Source: Cycas panzhihuaensis (Eukaryota > Plantae > Cycadophyta). Taken from it: a DNA stretch of 64,000 bases. The DNA is taken from the NCBI GenBank assembly GCA_023213395.1, contig CM041465.1, positions 237,901,741-237,965,740 of the forward strand, read 5' to 3'. Under the pieces are notes generated by a model. That model worked only from the letters and a program-made list of their open reading frames with translations, did no database searches and had not been told where the DNA came from. Position numbers and translations under genes: made by a program. Positions 13,842 to 27,849 of this stretch are shown here, one piece after another (position 1 is the stretch's first letter; the number at the start of each line of letters is the position of its first letter).

Positions 13842-14912
13842 GTCTACCCCCCTTTTCCTAAATGAAAATTTCTTATGCTTGAATGAGGATTGTAGCCTAT
13901 CATTTGCATGTTTACACTCACAGGAAGGAAACATAAGAGGAATACACATATCTTGCATTCTTGTTTCCTATTTTTCCCCTTCCATGTAGAAATTACAAAG
14001 GCATCCTTTGTCTCCCTTATTTGAATGTGCATAGGAAAGTGGTGTGAATAGGTACATCCCCTTTTTCCTTTCTAGGAAATAAGAGTAAACCAACTAAAGA
14101 ACTTTCCCTCCCTTATCATTGTCCTTTTGCATTTCGCATGCATGCATGTGCACAAGGGTTAGGTTAGGAAAGTGCAATTTGATTGAAAGTATCTTCTTTC
14201 TTTGCACCAAAAGAAAAGCTTGCATAAATCATTTTTGTCTTTTCTCTCTCTTACCCCCCCCTTTTCCCCTTAAATCATTCTTCTTTTGATAAAGAAAAAA
14301 GAGTGAGGTTAAGAGAGAGTCTTGTTATTTATTTACATTCTTTTTCCAAAACTAATATCTTCGTCTCTTTACCACTCCATCCCATAGTTGGAATAAAGGG
14401 TATAATCTAAACTCTTAGCATAGTTGAATAAACCTTACATTTATCTCAAACCCTAAATACACACCCTTTAGGCAACCCTAAACACAATCTTCTAATAATC
14501 TTATCCTTCAGATTTGGTTCCTATGTGCATCAAATCTCCTTTTGCCTCTTAACCAACTACTTATTTTCCTTGCTTTTTAGGTTCCCATTTCATAGGGAAC
14601 TATCCTTTACCCCTGGCCTCCTCTCTGGAAGAGGGTATTTCCTCTCCTTCCTTTCACCATTAGGATAGGAGAGCTCTCCCTTAGGCTACTCAATAAATCG
14701 AGGATGCCCTTGCCCAATCTAGATCCTAAAAGGTCTTCACCCAAAGGGAAGGTCTTAAGCACTATCTGTGGGTCCCCGAACCTACGTTCCAATGCACAGA
14801 CACCTTTTGAGGGTGACATGTCCTCTCTTTTAAGACCTTTAAGCCCCTAATTTAGTTGTAGCATTGGCTTAGGTGTCCTTACCTTTAGTGGCCTCCTAGA
14901 GGCACGCTTCCA

Positions 14913-17900
14913 TCAGCTAGAAAATCTTAATAATTAGACTCCTTGGACATATCTCAAGATATAAGTTAATTGCTAACTTAGCAGTGACCACATCAAGTTG
15001 GCACTTTCTCCCACCAAGCTCAATAGCCTCAACAACACCATCAACCTCTATAGCCTCAATCACAAAGAAATCAATAATATAGACCAAATGTCACCTACTT
15101 ATGCTCCCTACAAAAAGGCCACTTAGCTGTTGAATATAGGGGGAGGTAAGATGACCTTTAAATATTATAGAATTAGGGGGGATAATCATATGGATTTACC
15201 TTCCAATATGGAGCCCTATATTATCAATAAAGATCACCCCACTACCAATAAGGAGGAACCAATTTTTAATAAAGAGGACCATGCCCTCAACAAAGAGCCC
15301 CTTATCCATAATAAGGAGGCCCTATTCCTTAATAAGGAGCCCCTTATCTACAACAAGGTGGCCCTATTTTTCAATAAGAAGCCTCTTACCTCCAATAAGG
15401 AGGGCCTATTTCTTAACAACATGACCTTATCTATCCATAAGGAGGGCTATCATACGAATAACTAGGCTAATTCTATTAACATAATTGGAACCAAAGACTA
15501 AATTAGAATCAATGTTAGTAGAATAGGTAGCAGTTCTCACCTAGGAATCAAAGGACCAACCCTAATACTAAGTAAAGAAGCCATGTGGTAAATACTCTTA
15601 ATACCTCCTCTTAAAACTTATTCTTTGCAATATTATCATCTTCGCACAATGATAGCTCTTGGATACTTGACTCAGGTTCCACTCACCACATGACTAAAAT
15701 AGAAGATATATTCGAGGAAACATATCTAATTAACATATAAACAATCATATTTGGAGATAACCTAACACATGATGTAACTAAAATTGGAAGGGCCCCAATA
15801 GTTTTGAAAGACTCTAAAATAAGGCATCATATCAATAACATATTCCTAGTTCTAGGTATAAAAATAAATATGCTTTTTGTCAACCAAATTGACAAGTAGA
15901 ATCTAGATGTCCTCTTTAGCTAAGGTATCTACACCATTACCAATCATATAACTGGACATCTTATAGAAACAAGACATAAATATAATGGCTTGTACAAGCT
16001 TGATGGTTTTATTCTAGCCACTAATCCACCAACAGAATCATGCTCAATGGCTCAAAATATCCATCTTAATAAAGGTAAGGATATCATAGTAGAGGACCAA
16101 CCTTATGTCTAAGAACTGAGTGAATGCTCTCATAATAATAGGAGATCTATCTCAAATAGAACTAGAAACTAGTTATGATATCAACACCTTGGTCGCCTGA
16201 ATATGCAGAGTTAAACCTTATGCCTAGGCTCCATATAGTGCATGGAATTTCTAAGATCAAGAGAAATAGATGCATTTGTGAGGCATGCTTAGTGAGAAAA
16301 CAATAAAGATAAAAGTTCCCATCTAGGAATGCATGAAGAGCCTCCAAACCATTAGAGTTGGTCCAATCAAATATTTGTGGGCCTATGTCAGTTCAATCCC
16401 TCAATGGTAGTCTATTTTCCATGACTTTCATAAATGACTATTCTAGGAAAGTATGGGTTTATTTCCTAAGGAATAAGTATCAATCCCTTGAAAAATTCAA
16501 GGAGTTTAAAGTTGAGGTAGAAAATGAAAGTGGAATGATTATCAAGAACCTTAGATTAAATAATGGAGGGGAGTATATTTTGAATCAATTCATCAATTTC
16601 TGTAAATAACATGGCATCAAATGTCAATTCTTTAGCATGTCACATACCTCAATAGAATGGGATAGTCAAGAGAATGATCCAAACATTAGTGAATAAAGAT
16701 AAAGCCATGTTGAGTAGAGCCAACCTTGCTATAAGATTTTGGGATGATGCCATCATGATTTCTACCTATCTCACTAATTGAAGTCCTACTATTGCTGTTA
16801 GAAACATCGCTCGTGAGGAGGCTTAGATAGAACTTAAACTAATAGTTGCACATTTAAAAACATTTAGATGCATAGCATACAAAAATGTTCCAAAGGAGAA
16901 TAGAAAGAAACTAGATAACAAGAGCCTTAAGTACATATTTCTTGGCTATATACTTAGTTGTAAAGCCTACAAGGTACTTGACATTACTGGGAACCAAGCC
17001 TACACCATTCGAGATGTCATTTTTGTTGAAGATACTTAGGACCTAGGCCCATCAAAACTTTAGTATGTAGCAGAAGATGATGTTCATACACTTAAAGTAC
17101 CTCTTGCATTAATTTTGGAGCTACTAACACCTACATCTTCCTATACACAAGGTTTATCTTTAGCCCTAATAGCTTCAATGACTATATTAGATGCAAGTAA
17201 CTCACTACCATATATTTTAGTTGATGAACTTTAGGTGGAAGCCATTAGTATTCAACCACCTCCCAAGTGGGTTCAACAATTATTAAAGGATGCTCCTCCT
17301 TCTCTAATAGCTACCAATAGGCCATCAAAGATGAGACACTCCACCAACTTTATCCTAATGACATGTGTCTTAGAAATCCATGATCCTTCCATATTTGATG
17401 AGTTAGTCAAAGACCAAATATGGAAAGTATCCATGGACAAGGAGATAAACTCCATCCCTAAAATAAAACTTAGAAGCTAACAAAAGTACATAGAAAAAAG
17501 CTAATTAATTATCATTGGCTATATAAAACCAAGTTTTATACAGATAGTACCATCAAATGTCATAAAGCTTGTCTTGTTTTAAAAGATTTTAAATAGTGGA
17601 AAGGAATAGACTATGATAAGACCTTTATACCAGTAACTAACATGACCATATTTCGTTTGATGATGTCACTAGTAGCCCAATTCAACTAGCTAGTCTACCA
17701 AATGGATATGAAGAGTGTTTTCCTTAATGGAGAGCTCATAGAAGAGGTTTTCTTGAAGCAACCTCCTAGCTATATTGTTCCAAGAAAAGAACACTTAGTT
17801 TGCAAGCTTAAGAAAGCCTTGTATAGATCAAGCAAGCATGACATACCTAGTATGTAAAGATTGATGTTTTCCTCACTTAGCATGGATTCTATCATTCACC

Positions 17901-19215
17901 CTCTAACATATACTTGTATATTTGAGTTAGAGAAAACTTGATCACTATCATTGTTCTTTATGTGGATGATCTAGCAATCACAAGTAATAATACCAAAGGC
18001 ATAGCTTGGCTACATTCTAAATTATTTCCTTGGAATTAAAATTTAGAAAGAATCGAGCTACATATTTTTATCTCAACCAAAATATGCCAACAAACTCTTG
18101 CGAAGATTTAGGATGATAGATTGTAAGCCAGTACCAATTCTTATTGAAATAGGAACCAAGCTAAACCGAGATGAGGAAGGCAAACCATTTCATCCCACCT
18201 TGTATTGATAGTTAGTTAAGGGTCTCATGTACCTCATCCATACTTGCTTATATATTTCTTATGTAGTTTGGATATGTTCCAAGTATATGTTAAAGCCCAA
18301 ATCATCCCATTAGAAATCCATAACTAGGATTCTCAAAAAAATTTATGGCACATATTAGTTTAGACATAACTACAACCAAATTGAATCTTCTATCTTGAAA
18401 GGACACATAGATGTTGATTAGGCAGGTTTCTAAGATACACTCCACTAAACTTTAAAATATCATTTTGATATAGATTCAATTGTAATCTCTTAGAATTGTA
18501 AGAAGCAGCCAAATGTTTCTCTTTTAACTACTAAAGTTGAAGACAAAGTAATTTTCCATGCCACTATATAGTTGATTTGGCTCAGAAAGATTATCGACAA
18601 GCTTGGACTTTAATAAACTACACCCACAATTCTTTATTGTAATAATCAGAGCATATTTAAGATGATGAAGAATCCAATTTTCCATGCTAGAACCAAGTAC
18701 ATAGAGGTCCACCATCACTTCATCCATGAGCATGTTCAAAACAAAGAAGCAGATACCATTTATTAACCAACTAAGGACTAGTTGCAGATATATTCACTAA
18801 AACACTTAGAAAACGAAAGTTTGAATGGTTTTGACACAACCTCGATATTAGATGTAATGAAACTATCATTAAGGGAGGTTGTTAAAACTTGTAATGACCC
18901 CTCATTACATTGTAAATATTTACATACATATGTATTATATGTATATTTGTGTACCATAGGTGATCCCTCTTTATAATTTAATTATATTGTAACGGTGCAA
19001 TAGGTCTTCCACCTTTTTTGATATGTCAAACAATGAGATTGATATAAAATACCCATGGAATACTTATGAACTAAGGTCCACACATTACCTTTGTATATTA
19101 AAAAGTCAATTGATGTGGAAGCTTTGTTAAAATAGAGTTGTATAGTGTAATAAATTTGTGTGTAGCCATTTGTTCATTGCATTCGCTCATTTGTACTCTA
19201 TTATTTGATATTTCA
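14913..19215 (+). mobile_element. degenerate Ty1/copia LTR retrotransposon (gag end, PR, IN, RT, RH, PPT, 3' LTR); 5' part displaced by element B
   Basis: Decayed zinc knuckle at ~15090-15140. LELVQSNICGPM...FINDYSRKVWVYF integrase at 16350-16610. QMDMKSVFLNG at ~17700, LYVDDL at ~17955, RTKYIEVHHHFI and QLxDIFTK-like RNase H motifs at ~18690-18800. PPT AAGGGAGG at 18871-18878, LTR TGTTAA from 18880; LTR end ~19215 approximate. Confidence 0.88.
15218..15460 (+). repeat. 21-bp coding minisatellite in copia gag (~11 units)
   Basis: Units like CAATAAGGAGGCCCTATTCCT. They read QQGGPxx/QQGAPYL once CAA>TAA changes are reversed. Confidence 0.8.
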
Positions 19216-19802
19216 TTTTCTTTAGTATGCTTTATTACTAATTACATGTAGATATTAGATCCTAAAGCTATTCTCACATGGCCTAAACTACTAACTATGC
19301 TTTGGCATGAGCCTTAACTAGCAACCTTTCTCTAATATAAGCTTAAACCACCAAACCCCACACTGAAATGAGCCTAAACTACTCCAATCTATGAGGTCTG
19401 GCATCCCCTACTAGGGGAATGGCCCCAAAACATTCCCATTCTTTTCTCACTCTTAAATGATCCTAAACTATCTTCATCTTAAAGATAGTCACCTTCTCAT
19501 AAGGCACCTCTCTAAAACCCATCTCCTACCATTCCTGACCGGTGATGAGATCAACCCCATAATGGGGCCATGGGACTCCTCCATGAGTATAAACTAGTAG
19601 TTAATCACATGACATTATTTCATGTGGATAATATGTGTGTACTTAGTATGTGAGCTATGATGCCATACACAAGAGTAAATATCAAGCTAAACATACATGA
19701 AATAAGCACATATACACATGGGAATAATGAAACATACAAAGATATATCCACTAAACAAGTACACCAAGGATACAAAAGAATGATGGGGTATAAATTCATC
19801 CC

Positions 19803-19855
<53 letters not shown>

Positions 19856-19879
19856 ATATGTGTGTGTGTACACACACAT

Positions 19880-19959
<80 letters not shown>

Positions 19960-19995
19960 ATGTGTGTGTGTGTATGTATCTGTGTGTGTGTGTAT

Positions 19996-20026
<31 letters not shown>

Positions 20027-20028
20027 TA

Positions 20029-20064
<36 letters not shown>

Positions 20065-20106
20065 TATATACATAGATACATACATATATATATATATACA
20101 TACATA

Positions 20107-20142
<36 letters not shown>

Positions 20143-20159
20143 CATATATATATACATAT

Positions 20160-20223
<64 letters not shown>

Positions 20224-20224
20224 G

Positions 20225-20298
<74 letters not shown>
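19803..20298. repeat. ~500-bp compound microsatellite (TA/TG/CA/TATG/GA)
   Basis: Direct inspection. It generates the spurious YI/IY ORFs at 19620-20460. Confidence 0.97.
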
Positions 20299-20300
<2 letters not shown>

Positions 20301-20449
20301 CTCACACATACACAAAAAGATAAAGTACAATGTGGATATAGGTGCAACATGCCATGAGGAAGGTAGAATCCTTATAAGGGTGTACAATCGCCTAATAAAA
20401 ACCAGTATATGCATAACCCCCGTATCCCTAGAGGGCCAACTTTTCTTTA

Positions 20450-22733
20450 CAAAAATATAATCCCTCCTATACCCTTAGGGTCTACTATATTTGAACTATG
20501 GTCTCCTCCTCTTTGAGGTTCATATATACCCAACACTCCTTGGCCACTATGAAGGCTTGGACTTACTCCCCTCATCTTGTAAATGACCCTTGTCCCTCTG
20601 ACATCATAATGTCATCATTGTGGTATGGATCCTAAATGAATGGGCTTCCATCTACCCCACCAACTGATCATACCTAGACTAGAGTTGGTCCCTCTCCTCT
20701 CAACCCTCTAGAAGCCATGTCTCAAGGATGGCAATCTATATCTCTACCCTATGATGTATCTATAAAAGAGCTACTATAACTAGGGGCATGTCCCCCCTTC
20801 CTTGTACCTCTAACTCCCTAATCTAAATCTGTAGCTAGACCCACTCTACGTGTAGCTAGTGACTCTCCACTTAGAAGTGGCCCCTCTCAGTAAAAAATGG
20901 ATCCCTCTCCAACTAAAGCTCATGGACCTTGACTACCCATATCTCCCTTGCCCTTAATAGGGGGATAAATACTATGGTATAAGGATGTACCAATATCAAT
21001 TCTCCACTATCAATTATTAGAAGTTGGCCATATGCATGCACCATAGGGAAAAGCTTAGCAACAACCCAACCAATGAGCTCTACTACAAGGCCCTCTCCTA
21101 CTAAGAAAAATAAGTTTATATGCTAATAATGAGTCCATAAAAAAAAATTAGCATATAACCTAATAATATAAAATTGAAATGGACTGAAATTAAATATGAC
21201 AACATAAATACCTCTCTAAGGAGCCTCTTCAAGATGGCCTACCTCCTTCTCCTCCACACTAACACCACATGCCTCCTTATCACTGCTAGCCTCTAACTCC
21301 TCCTCACCTTTGATTGCCTCATCTCCATCCTCCTCCTCTTTAACCCTCATTATTATCCCTATTATGTCTCCCTCACTCTCCTTGTCACTTACTAATGGAC
21401 ACCCTAATAAGGATGCTTCACATAATTATCTAGGTTCAACAACTCTAAGGAGATCATATCCACTGACCATTTGACCTACTCTGGCTATCCCAAGATCTGA
21501 AAGCATGATGACCACCTATGTATAAGAGACCCACTTAGTTCTACTAGTTATAACCCTACAATAGGTCCCACTCCATAGAAGTGGTCAAAGAACCAATACT
21601 ATAGGATGGAATAGTAAGAAAATCCACCATGCCCTACCACCTGAATTTGATCCAGTTGGACTTGGATGCTGGACACTATAAGGGCTACCCAATATAGCCT
21701 CTACTTATCCTTGCATTGGTGTATAGCACCTATCTAGCCCTCAAGTACCTCACAATAATTCTACTACTAGGATATTTGAAATAAAATAGTAAATATAATA
21801 AGTTTCCTCATATGAGGAATAACCATTGTCATGATTTTCCTCACAGTGTCTCTGCAATGATCCCAATATCCCCTACCATAAAAGTACCTCGTTGTTGCCT
21901 AATGTGCATCCTTAGTGTTAAGTAAGACCCCCAGCTTAGGAGGCACCCCTCTCATTAGTAGCCCCAAAATCCTTTGAACATTATTGACAGTGACGGTAAC
22001 ATCCCTTATACTAGGGAGATGGAAAACCTACCTCTTATGGTCCTAATGGGATATGATATCCATAATGAGGGCCTGATCTAATATGTACTAATGCATCATC
22101 ACCACCCTCAAAATCCCACATCTCCTTAGCACCTCTTGGCCATGAGTAGTCATTAGATCAACTAGGTCTAACATGGATGTACCTATATTCTCATGATTAT
22201 CAATCACAATAACAACCTAAAATAACATGTAAATAATCCCACATGTTAGTCATTAGAGCCTAATATCTACCTACTATTGACCAATAATCCAAAGGACTAA
22301 AATTAATAAATATTTTAAGAAAAAAATAATTTTTTTTAAATAATCATTCTATACCATAGATATATTAGTGGTACTATAAATATATCTTTATTACTGTAAA
22401 TATTATTGTGGTACCATAGGAATTTTCTAGGACATTTTGAAATATTGTTGTAAGCTTTGCAATATCATAAACTTTATTGCGGTATATAATATACCACCTA
22501 CAAACTATAAAAAATCAAAATAAATAATTCTTTCTGGGCATCAGAATTGGCCCATCAAGACTAAGGTATAAAAATGCCCTGGTCTAACCCAAAATGGGCC
22601 CCAATAGGTTCCATTTCGCCTCATTTTACCTAAATGGGCATAACTCAATTATAAAAAATATACTTTATAAAAAAATAAAAAATAGAAAAAATAGAGTAGT
22701 TCCACTTATTGAGTTTGAATGCATGATGGTCAT
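20450..22733 (-). pseudogene. spliced PMD gene, element C
   Basis: Exon 1 at 22710-22733 (MTIMHSNS). Exon 2 starts at 22216: VVIVIDNHENIG...ALIMDIISH*DHKR*VFHLPSIRDVTVTVNNVQRILGL. Followed by an acidic tract and a coiled-coil-like tail; 3' end approximate. Confidence 0.8.
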
Positions 22734-25469
22734 GATGATCATATAGTCCCTACAACTCTATCTACTCAATAATTTGATGGTTAGATCTCTTACAGTGAGC
22801 TCCAAAAGGTAAAGGAAAATGAGATGGCAAAGAAAGATTTCTTAAAACTCTACATTGAATGTTGAAAATAAATTAAAATTTCTTAAGAAGCCAAAATATA
22901 TAGAAGGGCCCACCCGCCTTATATGGCACATGATTCACCTCACAGACCTTTCCTTTGGATTGCACTATTGACATAGCTACCATGGCATCATTATTACGCT
23001 CACTAGAGCTAATAACCCTTTTTGTTCCCAGATCCCCCGCCCTCCCCCCTTTTTTTTGTTGCCATTTAATGTATGTTTCACCAAAATTAGACCCTTGATT
23101 AACTCTTATATGTTTTTATTATTTTACTTATTTGATCATGGGTGTGTTACTTGTAAATGGAACTATATTTTATGTTGAATAGGTGTAATGAGACATGTTT
23201 ACTAATTCTATATAATTTTTGTGAAATTTTATCTTGGTTTTGGAAATGATTAATGTTTGGATGATGATGAATGCATTTTATAACTTCCATATATTAATGA
23301 ATGAAATTATAACATTAAAATCTTTCCCTAATCCATTCCAATCTACTTTATCCTTTGAAACACCTTCTTTATTGTCATCTTTCCTCTTGATTCTTATACT
23401 TTGACTATTGTTTTTTTATGTTTTTTGGGCTTGTGTTTAATTTATCACTTCCTTTTGGTTACTTTTTATCTAATAAAGTCTTTTTACTTCAATTTTTGGC
23501 AATACTTTGAGTTTCTTTTTTTAAGTTTATCTATCAAAATTTCATTATCTTTTTAATATTACCAAAAACATGACTGATCATATTTTATGTAGAAAGTTAC
23601 ATTTTTTGTTCTACATAAAATGTGATCGATCATGTTTTATATAGAAAATTATATTTTTGGCTATTATGCATATAAATTTATTACTGAAATGTGTCATTTG
23701 TTCTCTATCTTTCATATGATCTTGTCTATATTTTATGGTAACTCCTTCTTTCTCACCCAAAAACCCCTAAAACTATTTAGAATTCATCAGAGAATTTTGG
23801 TTATATCTTTTGGGTGAGTGAGAGTAAAAAAGAGAGAATTAAGAGAGAAAAGAGATTGGAGTTCTCAAAGCTTAGATTGTTTTACTGAAATCTAATTTCC
23901 AAAGGCTTGTTGAGCTATCCTATCACCTACAAAATCTCAATCCAAGCTCCAATAACTCTTTCAATAAGTGTGGTAATACTCTTCTACCATATCTTTTTAG
24001 TTTATGAAAGATTCTTTTTACTTATATTATGCCTATTATATCTTTCTCTCTTCTTCTTGGTTGTGGCTTATTTATTTCTAGTCTTGGTGGTTGTTTTCCT
24101 TAGAAAGATATAGGCTAAAAGGTTAGCCCTTTATGGGATCTATAGGAGTTAGGTATTAAGAAGAGAGCTTTCCTCTTCTTGATAATATGTAGCTCTTCTC
24201 CCCCCATTCTCCATATCATCCCTAACTCTTTTGAAGATAATGTTGGTCTCATTCTCCTAGTTTTGGTGATAGTTCTTTTGTTCTTCTTAGTTTTTTCCTT
24301 TCTTACTACATATTTCAAGGGAAAAATTGGAGAAAGATTGGTCAACAAAGGGAAGACTACTATCTTGAGGTAGACATATGGTTGTAAATTTAAGGAATTC
24401 TTATGGTTATGAGATATATTTTCCTTGATTCTCTTCTTTCTCCTCCTTTCTTGAAAGATTCTTAGTTAAGAAAAGTAAAGGAAATAAACTTTGTATGATA
24501 ATGTTTACTTTTTTCTTTCCTAGGAGATAGATTGAATTCATGAATTTTTATAGTTGCATGTTGATATAATTATCATGAAATCTTTCAATGCTCTTAACCT
24601 TGCCTATTGAGTCAATTTCATGCATTGTGCTTATGCTTATTTACTAGATCTACACCTTGCATGATATCTTTCATGAGCTACTTTAAGGATTTTTGAGCTT
24701 GCATGTTGAGAATTCATTTGCATGTTATAGTTGTTTGGTTTACCTCCTTTATTTGAAGTCTTTTCTACTATTGAAAGTTGTAAAAATCCATCAAGTATCA
24801 TATATTTAAATGGAAATAACTTAAAAGGAGCCTTACACCATCTCATGCTTCATCTTCCAGGTATGTATGAATGGCCTTTTTTATAAATTTTACTTTATAT
24901 TTAAATTACAAGCTTGTTTGAAGTTGTTGAAGGTAGTTTTATCTTTATCTTAGGTAAGATTCTTTTTCTTTTAAAAAAATAAGTAAAAAAAGAAATTGCA
25001 TGTCATTCCATCTTTCTTCATTGAATTTGAAGAGTAATTTACCTTTTGATTTATTAGTCTTTTGGTTACTTTTGCAAGTGTATCATCTTGGGGTTGTTTG
25101 TTTTGACCTTTCCTATAATTGAATAAACCTAGAATGTTTAAAAATATAAGAAAAGAGATAGTAACAAACTAAAAAATAATACAAAAAATATTGTTAGTGT
25201 AACTTCAAACTTAGACCTTCTCTACTTGATTGTGTAGGCTAGCATATTCCTTCACTAAGTGCTACTTACATATCCTAGCCTATTATCTTTTAAAAATCAT
25301 GTTTATCTACATAACATAATCAAGTAGAAACTCCTCCTTAGGATTTAGACAAAGTTAGATCTATAGTTCCTATAGGTTGACCAATCTCCTAATATTTGAT
25401 AGAAATGGAAGAAATACAAGGTCATTGAGAGGTAATCAACCTAGACCAATTCCTAAATAACCATCTTTT

Positions 25470-25486
25470 TAGTGACCATACTGGGA
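25470..25486 (+). promoter_or_regulatory. degenerate tRNA-Arg-type PBS
   Basis: TAGTGACCATACTGGGA, homologous to the PBS of element A and followed by gag. Confidence 0.6.
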
Positions 25487-25524
25487 GTTGCCTTTTGTTT
25501 TTGCTGGTCATACACTCTTAAACA

Positions 25525-27840
25525 ATGGAAATAAGTCTTTCATCTCAAGTAAGAAGGTTGTTAAGCCTTCAAGGTTTTCCACTAGACTTTAAACTTCAAC
25601 ATGAGCATCCTACTCAAGAAGTTTTATCTACTTATGAGCATCCTTCTGAGAAACAAACTTATGATACCTATGTGTATGTACCTAAAGAATCAAACCAACT
25701 ATATGAAGTACAAAGGTATCCTGAAATACCCTCCCAATTTATTACTACTACTTCCCTACCTATCTCTTATTCTATTTAAGAAAAGACTCCTAATATTCAA
25801 GTACATTCATCCTACCTTGATCTAGCTCTTATGAGAGTTTCTTCTCCTCTCTATATTCTTAGTTATGATGACCCTTTCTATCCTAACACTTATACCATGA
25901 CTATTTCTCCTCACCATTATCAATTCAATCCACTTTCTAAGGAATATAAATCAATGTAAGATGAGCCTTCTGGAACTCCTAATGTGACTCAACCCCTTTA
26001 CCATTTTATCCTTCCACTCTAAGACCACCTTCTTCTCCTCACAAAGAACTAAGAGATAATAGATCTATTCATTCATAATATTATCCTTCACTTCACTTAT
26101 CATAAAACCAAAATTATCCTCCTTTAGTTTCATCTTGCACACAGGAGAGACCTTTTGAATCACTCACCCAAGGGAATCTTATTTCTTCCCTTGCTCTTAT
26201 TTCCTATTATTTTGGTCCATCAACTTCAATACTTAGACCAACTCCTTTATATTTAGAAAATCCTACTTCTATGCAATATGCTTCTATCCCCTCCTAGACT
26301 CATTAACAAGTGCTTGTACATATGATTATTCCTCAATGGGTTAGGCTTTCTCCTCCTTCTCTTAGACCAAATAATCTTATTCCATCATTTAATCCTAAAT
26401 CTAACCTTCAAACTAATCATCCTCAGGTTACTTCTACTCAATTCCAGGCTGCTTTAATAGTTAATCCTTCTTCATTATCTCATATTCATAGACCATTCCC
26501 TTAATATACTACTACTTATAATTTTAATCCCATATTCCCTTAAGTTCTTATACCTCAAAATAATTCTACAATTAATCTAGTAGCAAGGTTTAACCCTACT
26601 CAACCCCTTCCAACCTATCTTACTTCCTTTGAATAATAACTTACTCCTTCTTTAGTCCCTAAACCTTCATCCTTGCATCAATGTCTTATAATATTGAGAC
26701 CAAGGAAACCTTTCCTGGATTATATGAAGTATCCTTTCCCATAGGAAGTCCTATTATCTCCAATGCCTCTTTTTTTAACCTAATCTTCCTAAATTTTTAG
26801 GTAAATACTCTCAAGATCCAACATCCTATATACAAGCATTTGTGCTTGTATATATAGAGTTTATACCATATGGTTATGTCATGATGTGATTGTTCTTTAA
26901 GTCATTTTAAGGTGATGCTTTGAAGTGGTTTTATCATCTTCCCTATGCTTCTATATTATCTTTTCAATGGTTGGTTGACTCCTTTATTAACTATTTTGAT
27001 GTAGCTAAACCATTTAAATCTAGTATTAAATCACTATTGACTATCAAATAGAATCATGATGAAACTTCAAGAGATTTTGTGAGAAGATTTTAAGATTAGG
27101 TTCATGATTATCACTCTTAATTAGACTCCAATCTTCTCTTTGACTTATTTACTAATGCTTTGAGACCTCATGTCCATATTGAGGTACTCAAACTAGTTCC
27201 TTAAACATATGAGGAAGCTATTGATTGATGCCTTGCTTTAGAGACCTTTAAAATCCAAGCAGGTATTAAGAAAATTAGTAAATCAATTCCTTCAAAAGAA
27301 TTAGTTCAAGCATGAAAGTCATCTTATTCAGAACCAACTTATGATTATTTAACTTCCTTGATCAAGTCGTTAGAGCATATAATCAATACCAAATTGTGCA
27401 TTGATGACACTGTTTCTAATCCTCTTAGTAAACAAGAAGTTAAAGAAATCCATCTTATTGAAGGAAGAAATTGTTAGAATCCCCACGCATCTCCTCCTTT
27501 TATTAAGAAGACCAAATTGTGTTCTTATTACCAGATTGGTGTTTATAATAGAAATCAATGCTACATTATGCAAGCAATGAGCCAAGGCCTTTTATATAAA
27601 ATAATCAAGTTTCTAAATCTACTCAAGACCAATTGATTCATAAAGACCCATTGCCCGAACATAAACTGTAAAAGATAAAGATAAATTTAAAGGTAAAACA
27701 AAGCAAGTGGAAAGTGATGAAGATGAAAGTGTAAAACCTAATTCAACTAGGAAACTAGTTATTTCTTCTAATCCCCTATCAAAGAATATTAATAGTTAAA
27801 CTTGCCCATCTCCTAAGGGTGGAGAGACTAAGAGGACCAT
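25525..27840 (+). pseudogene. gag: degenerate Tat gag (segment E), truncated before protease
   Basis: 26700-27270 is collinear with gag of element A (PRKPFLDY; GDALKWFYHLP; LFTNALRPHVHIEVLK). The upstream part is P/S-rich; ends approximate. Confidence 0.8.
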
Positions 27841-27849
27841 CAATATGGG

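Larger units (their letters stand above)
6678..14912 (+). mobile_element. Tat-clade LTR retrotransposon B, 3' part (pol end, accessory region, 3' LTR)
   Basis: pol C-terminus KFLKKFYM* at 6680-6706 (cf. VNEKILKKFYN* ending 30894), then antisense PMD gene, RNase H ORF and LTR. The LTR end abuts copia gag sequence. Confidence 0.85.
11629..14912 (+). repeat. 3' LTR of element B (3284 bp)
   Basis: Starts TGTTTCCTAGTTATTGGGAATGG after CCAAGGAGACAA and ends GGCACGCTTCCA. 14740-14912 aligns with the reverse complement of 3562-3760. Confidence 0.82.
19216..25463 (+). mobile_element. Tat-clade element C, 3' region plus LTR (no RNase H ORF found)
   Basis: GAGCCTAAACTAC repeats at 19279-19596 like those after the pol stop of B and D, an antisense PMD gene, and LTR-like sequence at ~23145-25463 carrying the family TTCCAG|GTATG motif (~24855). 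Confidence 0.68.

Noticed and set aside
15130-15465. ORF with NKExLxx heptads as a repeat protein
   Set aside because: Off-frame reading of the copia gag minisatellite.
19620-20460. Long ORFs of 139-267 aa (YIYI.../IYIY...)
   Set aside because: Translation of a stop-free compound microsatellite; open on both strands.
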